Origin: Candidatus Melainabacteria bacterium 17Bon1m
GTDB lineage: Bacteria; Cyanobacteriota; Vampirovibrionia; Obscuribacterales; Obscuribacteraceae
Assembly: GCA_032128875.1 (NCBI GenBank)
Contig: JAVLKG010000006.1
Coordinates: forward strand, 192,001 to 256,000
Length of the DNA: 64,000 bases
Reading direction: 5' to 3'
Shown: piece by piece, positions 57,174 to 64,000 of the stretch
Numbering within the stretch: the first letter of the stretch is position 1
Layout: each line of letters begins with the position of its first letter
Program-made: the position numbers and the translations under genes
The notes under the pieces: model-generated
What the model was told of the DNA's origin: nothing
Seen by the model: only the letters and a program-made list of their open reading frames with translations
The model's database searches: none

Positions 57174-59195
57174 CTATCCTTCGCTGATGATGCGTCGTCT
57201 TCCTTGCTCTTTTGCGATGTAGAGGCGCTCATCGGCTTTCTTGATCAACGCTTCAATCTGGGTTCCATCTTGGGGAAAACTCACAAGTCCGGCTGAAAAG
57301 CTGACGAAAAACTGTTCTTTGTGATCGCCTTCGAATGGTATTGTAACCAACTCATCCAGCACACGATTGAGCGCGCCCTTCATAGTTTCTTTCCCTTCGT
57401 GGCGAAATGCCATTATGAATTCTTCGCCGCCCCAGCGCCCGCGCAAATCCTCCACGCGAAAGCGCCGTCTGAGCAATTGTCCGAAGTGCGCGAGCACGCG
57501 GTCGCCAGCCATGTGACCGTAGGTGTCGTTGACCTTCTTGAAGTGGTCGACATCCATCAGGCAAAGACTGAACTCCAATTTGTGACGCTCGGCTTCGGAA
57601 TGCAGCGCCGTAAGCGCTTCGATAAAAGCGCGTCGCAGCAACAGCCCTGTGAGAATATCGCGGTCCGCGCGCTCCTTCATCAAGCGCATGCGGTCAAGAC
57701 GAACCCGCACGCGTGCCAGCAATTCCACTGTCGCAACCGGTTTTGGAAGATAGTCATCTGCGCCCGCATCAAATGCGGCGAGCCGTGAATCAAGCCCTGA
57801 CTGCGCTGTGAGAAAAACAATCGGCAAATCTTGCCAGCGCGCCATCGCACGAATCTTTCTGCAAACGTCATAACCGCTCGTGTTTGGCATCATCACGTCG
57901 AGCAGCAGTAAATCAGGCGAAAAATCTTCGAGAACAGGCAGAGCGTTATCGGGCTCGTTGACTGACTTTACGAGCATGCCTTCTTTTCCTAGTGCAGACT
58001 CGATGATTTTGGTGAAGTCTTCATCGTCGTCGACAATCAAAATCCGCGGTCGGCCTCGCAGGGCAATCAAATACTCAATAGCTTGAACCATGTCCGGCCC
58101 ACTGACCGGCTTCTTAAGATACAACGATGCACCGGCATGCATGCCTTCTGTGCGCCTGCCTTTGATTTCTTCCTTGTGTATGAATGCGAGCGGCAGCGTT
58201 TCTAGTCCTGAGATACCTCGGAGTTTTAACGCGAGCTCGAATGACGAATCAGACTGCGTTTCAGACATATCGATAATCGCCGCATCGAGCATCGTTGCCC
58301 TGGCTTTTTCAATTGCGTCTTTGGTATCTTCCGAAAAAATCAAGCGCACAGTTGCCTTTTGCGAAAATTTCCGCGACTCATCCTCGTTGTATTTTCCAAC
58401 CAGCAGCACATTAGCCATCGAAGAATCGTCAGCCATCTCCCCTTCGGCTGTGGCTTCGGGGGGCGGCGGAAGTTTGTCTGGAAAGTCCTGTTTGACGTTT
58501 TCATGTAAAACACCGACCAGCCGACGGATCGTGTCCCAGGTGTTTTTATCCAAAGCCTTCTTGCCGTCGATGACATCATTCATCGTTTGCTCTATTTGTG
58601 CCGCGGTTTCACCCAGGTGATGGAAGCCGCAGGAGCTCGCTGTGCCCTTCAAATTGTGGGACAAACGCCGAACCTCTTTGAGCGCCTCACCGTCACCTGG
58701 ATTTGCCATCGATTGCTCGACAACTTCTTCCATGTTTTTGAGACGACCAGGCAATATCGAAGCAAAACGCGTCTTCAGTTGCATGAACGTCTCAGTGTCA
58801 GTGACTTCGTTGAGGTCGCTGGCAGTCTTCGCCTTCAGCTCCCCGTCTATTTGGGCGCCGAACAATAGTGGTTTAAGCGGTCTGTGGACAACGAGCGAAA
58901 CACCGAAATCCTTCGTCAGTTGCTGATAAACGTCAGTTTCTTTCCATTTGCTCGATATGAAAACGACCTTTGTATCACGGTTGACTTGCCGTAATTTGAT
59001 GATCCAACCGACACCGTCGATGTCCGAAAGCTGCTCGCTGACTACGATCAAGTCGGGCTTATGCTTCGAAAGAGAATCTATTGCATCCTTTCCGGAATCG
59101 AAGTGCGAAACTTCATGCCCGCGACCCGTGAGCAATGATTTGACCAGCGCTGTCAGCTGCTGGTCGTTGTCGACAAGGAGAATGGACGTTGCCAT
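57174..59195 (-). CDS. Diguanylate cyclase, REC-HPt-REC-REC-GGDEF
   Basis: HNLKG HPt; LLDVMMP receiver; DVDHFKKVND, RVED I-site, GGEEF. Confidence 0.93.
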   Translation of the reverse strand: MATSILLVDNDQQLTALVKSLLTGRGHEVSHFDSGKDAIDSLSKHKPDLIVVSEQLSDIDGVGWIIKLRQVNRDTKVVFISSKWKETDVYQQLTKDFGVSLVVHRPLKPLLFGAQIDGELKAKTASDLNEVTDTETFMQLKTRFASILPGRLKNMEEVVEQSMANPGDGEALKEVRRLSHNLKGTASSCGFHHLGETAAQIEQTMNDVIDGKKALDKNTWDTIRRLVGVLHENVKQDFPDKLPPPPEATAEGEMADDSSMANVLLVGKYNEDESRKFSQKATVRLIFSEDTKDAIEKARATMLDAAIIDMSETQSDSSFELALKLRGISGLETLPLAFIHKEEIKGRRTEGMHAGASLYLKKPVSGPDMVQAIEYLIALRGRPRILIVDDDEDFTKIIESALGKEGMLVKSVNEPDNALPVLEDFSPDLLLLDVMMPNTSGYDVCRKIRAMARWQDLPIVFLTAQSGLDSRLAAFDAGADDYLPKPVATVELLARVRVRLDRMRLMKERADRDILTGLLLRRAFIEALTALHSEAERHKLEFSLCLMDVDHFKKVNDTYGHMAGDRVLAHFGQLLRRRFRVEDLRGRWGGEEFIMAFRHEGKETMKGALNRVLDELVTIPFEGDHKEQFFVSFSAGLVSFPQDGTQIEALIKKADERLYIAKEQGRRRIISEG

Positions 59196-59250
59196 AAAGA
59201 CCCCAATTGCTTAGGGTCTCTTATACCACTGGCGAGATAGCGAAAAACTC

Positions 59251-59466
59251 TTATTTGGGTGTATCGAAGAAAATGCTGGAATAGGGCAAGGCGTCCAGTT
59301 GTGGCTGTGCAAACAGGATGAATCCCAGTGCGGCTGCGAGAATCACTATCGCCAAAAATTGAACGCGAATGGTCACATTGAGCGCCACAATCTCGTTCTT
59401 CTGGTGCATCCAGTCCGAATAGTCTACGTCTATTCGCTCTTCAATTGGACGATTAAGGTTCTGCAT
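59251..59466 (-). CDS. Small single-TM hypothetical protein
   Basis: Hydrophobic stretch VQFLAIVILAAALGFILFA; same strand as neighbours. Confidence 0.45.
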   Translation of the reverse strand: MQNLNRPIEERIDVDYSDWMHQKNEIVALNVTIRVQFLAIVILAAALGFILFAQPQLDALPYSSIFFDTPK

Positions 59467-59660
59467 AACACGGGATACCTAGTATGTTTGAACGCGGAAA
59501 TATATTTTGAGTGGTGGATTCTCAAAGAATAGGGTCATTTTGTGGCAAATGTGTGGAACCGCAAAAGCCGGTATTCGTCCTGAAACGTACAGGCACAGCG
59601 GTTTTGCTAAGGCAATCCCTGAGAAATCTTGAAAGCGAGAAGGTACCGACCCTTTGCTGT

Positions 59661-60242
59661 TTAAGCTAAATCACTTTCTGTATTGAACCTGTACATAGGA
59701 AGTTTTTGCTTTTTATCGCAGTGAAACAGGATTGTGAAAATTACAGATCCGACGATGACAGGAATTACTAGTGAAATCCAAAATAGAATAAAAAACACCC
59801 AGGAGAAAGTCATTCTAGAAAGAACGTAATCGAGCCAATTGTTTTCGCCTGCCAACCTGAGGTTGAAGCTCATAAGTAAGGCAACGCAAACAGAAACGAG
59901 TAATGTCCAATCAAGTGTTTCAAAAAGGCGATCCCAGCCAGGGGACCGACGAGATTCAATTCTCAATCGAGTGTAGATGCAGGTTACTAGAGTGGGTATT
60001 GCCAAATACCAATAACCTTCTTGAATGAGAAACGCTGCAAATCTTAGGACCAATGCCTGGCTGGTCAAAAACATAAATTTGTCGGGAACGTAAGTTAAAC
60101 GGTTCAAGTCCCAAAGCGGAATCTGCCACTCTCCATAGTCAAAGTGGTTCATAACCCACGAATCGGGCATGGACGAAACCAAGAACGCAATTGATAGCCC
60201 GATTGTGATTCCTAGCAGAAATGGGATGACGTAAGTGCGCAC
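59661..60242 (-). CDS. Hypothetical multi-pass membrane protein
   Basis: About four hydrophobic segments; GGAG RBS. Confidence 0.55.
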   Translation of the reverse strand: MRTYVIPFLLGITIGLSIAFLVSSMPDSWVMNHFDYGEWQIPLWDLNRLTYVPDKFMFLTSQALVLRFAAFLIQEGYWYLAIPTLVTCIYTRLRIESRRSPGWDRLFETLDWTLLVSVCVALLMSFNLRLAGENNWLDYVLSRMTFSWVFFILFWISLVIPVIVGSVIFTILFHCDKKQKLPMYRFNTESDLA

Positions 60243-60317
60243 TTTGTCTCTCCAACGACCATTCCAGCATACCGCTGAGTTTCGCTAGAGATCCATGGAG
60301 TTTTTACTGATGTGCAG

Positions 60318-60887
60318 TTATTTCTTCTCGTCCAGCTCGATGGATGCAGAATTGATGCAGTAGCGCTGTCCGGTAGGTTTTGGACCGTCTTCGAAGACGT
60401 GACCCAGGTGTGCACCGCACTGGCTGCAGGTTACTTCGGTGCGCTGCATGCCATATGTCGTATCGTCATGCTCCGCGACGTTTTCCTTTGTATGAGGCTG
60501 CCAGAAGCTAGGCCAGCCGCTGCCCGAGTCGTATTTTTCTTTGGAGCTAAAGAGTTCGGCACCGCAGCAAGCGCATTTGTATACGCCTTCCTTATGGCAG
60601 TTGTAATATTTGCCTGTGAAAGCACGTTCTGTGCCTTTCTGCCGCGTAATTTGATATTGCTCTGGAGTGAGTTGGGCTTTCCATTCTTCTTCTGATTTCT
60701 GGACTTTGTGTGCCATTGCTCCTGTTTTCTCCTTATCGCTTTCACTCTGCGCCGGTCCAATACCGGGTGCGCAAGTCATGCCCTTCTTGAGTTTTGGCGC
60801 TTGCCCTGTCTCAGCCGGTACCGGACTAGCACAGCCGGAAAAGATCATGGTCAAAATCGCCAAAAGAAAAATATGTGCGGGTTTCAT
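60318..60887 (-). CDS. msrB: Peptide-methionine (R)-S-oxide reductase with lipoprotein signal
   Basis: [39 protein letters not shown]-terminal IFSGC lipobox. Confidence 0.95.
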   Translation of the reverse strand: MKPAHIFLLAILTMIFSGCASPVPAETGQAPKLKKGMTCAPGIGPAQSESDKEKTGAMAHKVQKSEEEWKAQLTPEQYQITRQKGTERAFTGKYYNCHKEGVYKCACCGAELFSSKEKYDSGSGWPSFWQPHTKENVAEHDDTTYGMQRTEVTCSQCGAHLGHVFEDGPKPTGQRYCINSASIELDEKK

Positions 60888-61000
60888 AGTTTATGAGCCT
60901 ACCATTTTGAATCACCCACCACCTTGATTGAATCCGAATTTTGTAAGAACTGCAAATGGGGATCGTAAGAAACTATCCGGCTGGAAGCCGTCGTTCCTGG

Positions 61001-61984
61001 TTAAACCCGCAGTACTGCGGCTCCTGTGAATTTGCCCGCGCGCAGGTCGTCGAGTGCATCATTTGCAAGGTTAAGCGGATAGATAGTGACGGAGCAAATT
61101 ATGTTCACTTCTGCTGCTTTGGCGAAAAATTCGATTGCGTCGGCGCGGGTGAGGTTTGTCACCGATTTAATCGAGCGCTCTTGCCAGAGAATCTCGTATG
61201 GCATCGCCGGAAGTTCAGACATATGAATACCACCCAGGACAAGCTTTCCTGCTTTATCCAGGTTTGATAGCGCATGAGGCACGAGCTCTCCTACGGGAGC
61301 AAAGATGATGGCAGCGTCAAGCTTTTCAGGTGATGGTCCGTCGGAATCGCCTGCCCACTTGCAGCCGAGATTCATCGCCAGGCTGCGCGCGTCGTTGTCT
61401 TGCGGGCGGACGAATGCGTATAGCTCCTTGCCGTCGTGATGTGCCACTTGAGCGATGATGTGCGCTGCAGCGCCAAATCCATAGATGCCGATGCGTTTTG
61501 CGTCGCCGCACATTTTGTAAGAGCGATAGCCGATCAGTCCCGCGCACAAAAGAGGCGCTGCTTTCGCGTCATCATAATTATCGGGTAGCTTGAAACAGTA
61601 GCGAGCGTCAGCCAGGCAGTATTCAGCGTATCCACCATCCAGCGTGTACCCTGTAAACTTCGCTTCGTCGCACAGATTCTCCCGGTCGCTGAGGCACCAC
61701 CTGCAGTGCCCGCAGGTCCAGCCGAGCCACGGAACCCCCACCCGATCGCCAACTGCAAAGCCCTGCACTTTATCGCCAACCGTATGTATCGCGCCGACAA
61801 TTTCGTGACCTGGGATAAGCGGAAGTGCGGGCTCCTTCAATTCGTTATCGATGATGTGAAGATCGGTTCGACACACACCGCAGTGGCTCACTTTGATGAG
61901 CACTTGCCCGGCACGCGCCTCAGGAACATCGCGGTCCGCCTGAAAAAGCGGACCGCCACGTGATTCTAGAATCATTGCTTTCAT
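61001..61984 (-). CDS. Zinc-dependent alcohol dehydrogenase family protein
   Basis: CGVCRTDLH, GHEIVG, CGHCRWC..C, LCAGLIGYR, GFGAAAH. Confidence 0.93.
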   Translation of the reverse strand: MKAMILESRGGPLFQADRDVPEARAGQVLIKVSHCGVCRTDLHIIDNELKEPALPLIPGHEIVGAIHTVGDKVQGFAVGDRVGVPWLGWTCGHCRWCLSDRENLCDEAKFTGYTLDGGYAEYCLADARYCFKLPDNYDDAKAAPLLCAGLIGYRSYKMCGDAKRIGIYGFGAAAHIIAQVAHHDGKELYAFVRPQDNDARSLAMNLGCKWAGDSDGPSPEKLDAAIIFAPVGELVPHALSNLDKAGKLVLGGIHMSELPAMPYEILWQERSIKSVTNLTRADAIEFFAKAAEVNIICSVTIYPLNLANDALDDLRAGKFTGAAVLRV

Positions 61985-62036
61985 CAGGTTTTGCTTTCCT
62001 GTGGAGCTAACTTCTTCTATTTACCCGATTGTGTTT

Positions 62037-63242
62037 TTAATGCTCGGTTTGATCTTTCTGCGGATAGTCGCCGAGTTTGACTGTCGATGCTGTGAGCGCC
62101 CCGTTTCTCAAAACAAGGAAATCGACAGTGTCATCAACCTTGTGAGTACGGATTTGCTTTTGCACTTCTTTCGACGTCAAAACCTGTTTGCCGTCTACTT
62201 TCTCGATTACATCGCCGGCTGTCAGCCCACCGCGTGCCGCTGGTCCGTCCGGCTCGACTTTGGCGATTAGAACACCTTTGGTGTTGGCTGGAACGCCAAC
62301 AGCATGGGCGATTTTTTCATTCATGTCTTGCATGTAGATGCCGACATACGGGCGCTTGATAGTGCCGCCTACTACGAGCTGGTCAACAACTTCTTTTGCG
62401 ATATCGATTGGAATCGCAAATCCGATATTTTGACCGTCGCCACGGATTGCGGTGTTCAGCCCAATGACCTCACCCCTGATGTTCAAGAGCGGCCCGCCGG
62501 AGTTGCCCGGGTTAATCGCCGCGTCAGTCTGAATGAAATCAACGCTATTGATGTCGTTGAGCGAACGACCCAGCGCACTGATAATACCCATGGTCACCGA
62601 GTGGTCGAGCCCGAGTGGGCTGCCGATAGCGATTGCCCAGTCGCCTGGACGCAGATTTTTGCTGGTGCCTAATTTTGCGATCGGCAATCCTGTCGCTTCG
62701 ATTTTGACGAGGGCCAAGTCGGTGAAACTGTCGCGGCCGACAACTTTGCCCGAAAATTCGCGCTTGTCGTTAAGCGTGACTTTGATTTCGTCAGCCTGTC
62801 CGACCACGTGATTGTTGGTCAGGATGTATCCGTCTTGTCGGATGATTACGCCCGACCCGGAGCCGTGCTGTTGAAACTTTCTGGGCGCACCGTTTTGGTC
62901 TATACCGTTGCCGAAGAAAAACTGAAATGGTGAGTTAAAACCCACACTCGGCACTTGAATGTTTTTGCTGATGTCTATGTTGACTACGCTTTCGCTGGCT
63001 TTGCTTGCCATATCGGCAATAGTGTTTTCAGCCAGAGAAAGGAAAGCGCCCGTCGGAGCCTGTGATGTCGCAATCGGAGCGTGAGCGCTTGGCGTAGGCA
63101 GCCCTGCCGGCGTAGGCCAGAACTGATGACCTGCAAAAAACGCCGCGCTCAAAGCTATGCCTATCGCAATACCACCTATAAGGACTGGCATTGACGACCT
63201 TTTCGCTTCTTTGGTCGCTGGGGACGACGTTGTTTGTACCAT
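62037..63242 (-). CDS. HtrA/DegQ-family serine protease with PDZ domain
   Basis: TM anchor; GSGV, TNNHVV, DLAL, NPGNSGGPL; C-terminal PDZ. Confidence 0.95.
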   Translation of the reverse strand: MVQTTSSPATKEAKRSSMPVLIGGIAIGIALSAAFFAGHQFWPTPAGLPTPSAHAPIATSQAPTGAFLSLAENTIADMASKASESVVNIDISKNIQVPSVGFNSPFQFFFGNGIDQNGAPRKFQQHGSGSGVIIRQDGYILTNNHVVGQADEIKVTLNDKREFSGKVVGRDSFTDLALVKIEATGLPIAKLGTSKNLRPGDWAIAIGSPLGLDHSVTMGIISALGRSLNDINSVDFIQTDAAINPGNSGGPLLNIRGEVIGLNTAIRGDGQNIGFAIPIDIAKEVVDQLVVGGTIKRPYVGIYMQDMNEKIAHAVGVPANTKGVLIAKVEPDGPAARGGLTAGDVIEKVDGKQVLTSKEVQKQIRTHKVDDTVDFLVLRNGALTASTVKLGDYPQKDQTEH

Positions 63243-63740
63243 CTCTCTACCTCTTATCTAATTCCGACCGGCATTTTGCCGGTCACTACCTCGTGGGGCT
63301 GATTTCAGTTTATGTATCCAATTGGTGCTTTACGCCGAAAACTCACTTTTCGTTAATCTAGCCGTTTGCGACGAGTTTTACCCCTTGGATATTCGTCTGT
63401 ATACGACTTTGTAAACACCGAGTGTTCACTTGCGTGGTTATGTTTCGGCTTTTGCTTCAAATGGGTGCCAAGTCCGGAAAGGTCCATCATATTGGCTTTT
63501 GCTGCGTTAACTGCTGTTCAGATGCACAACCTTAAACGCATTTTTACTGTAAGCACCGCAAAGTGCTTTTCCTTTCATCAGTCCTTAACCGTTCCATAAC
63601 CCCTAGAGACGAGAATTTCCTTCTGCAGTTCCGAAGGGGTAAGGGCAGGAATTTACCGGCGTTTCATCTACCTACTCGATTCGCCATCGTTTCAACCTTA
63701 CCCCTCAAGACTTGGTATCACTGATTTGGAGGCATCCACT

Positions 63741-63905
63741 ATGAGCGCAAGCTCTGGGATATTGTTGATTGATATGCTCGTCAGACCGTTTTTCAAAATC
63801 GGGATGAAGTTTCCAATCGTTTTGCTCATCATGCTTTCAGTTTTTTACGGATATATCGCGTATTTCGCGCTCAGATCCTCTTATGGTCAGATGACCGACT
63901 ATTAG
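63741..63905 (+). CDS. 54-aa single-TM small protein
   Basis: Not in the ORF track: MSASSGILLIDMLVRPFFKIGMKFPIVLLIMLSVFYGYIAYFALRSSYGQMTDY with GGAGG 8 nt upstream. Confidence 0.6.
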   Translation: MSASSGILLIDMLVRPFFKIGMKFPIVLLIMLSVFYGYIAYFALRSSYGQMTDY

Positions 63906-64000
63906 AACGGGACAAAATCCAGGGTATATCGCTAAGGGCTCGCCGTCATTTCATGCATCGATGTCTTAGATGACAGAGAATGTTTGAAAGAGTGTCGAAA

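Noticed and set aside
1-64000. Prophage, IS, tRNA or rRNA; the many other short overlapping track ORFs
   Set aside because: No integrase, transposase, phage or structural RNA signatures seen by eye; the short ORFs overlap better-supported genes

Overview
Gene-dense bacterial chromosomal window with about 60 CDSs. I found no rRNA, tRNA, CRISPR array, prophage or transposase. The cyanobacterial-style YlqD, CcsA/Ccs1 and solanesyl-PP synthase-like genes, three Hanks-type kinases, many orphan exported proteins and the lack of photosynthesis genes suggest a non-photosynthetic relative of cyanobacteria (Melainabacteria/Vampirovibrionia, Obscuribacter-like). This is inference only. Recognisable blocks: eutB (partial, divergent) and eutC-eutA; aat; thyA-folA; pruA; a sigma-70 factor; a prenyl synthase / sirohaem dehydrogenase / ccs1 / ccsA operon; a complete pqqABCDE cluster; an operon of M24 peptidase, Pro-rich membrane protein and PrsW-kinase fusion; MerR plus VIT-vWA; patatin plus a poly-MshEN protein; xpt; an LLM oxidoreductase; a DUF62-like protein; a multi-receiver diguanylate cyclase; msrB; adh; htrA. 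Three genes missing from the ORF track were read by hand: the eutB 5' end, pqqA, and a 54-aa membrane peptide. The most notable observations are the PrsW protease fused to a Ser/Thr kinase with its coupled single-pass Pro-rich partner, the PQQ cluster lacking pqqF but facing a peptidase, the split eutB/eutC arrangement, an atypical DUF62 active site, a TGACAGTA operator array over a probably leaderless MerR promoter, a CPGGVC peptide flanked by palindromes, and two dispersed REP-like palindrome families. All family assignments come from motif recognition by eye. No database searches were run.
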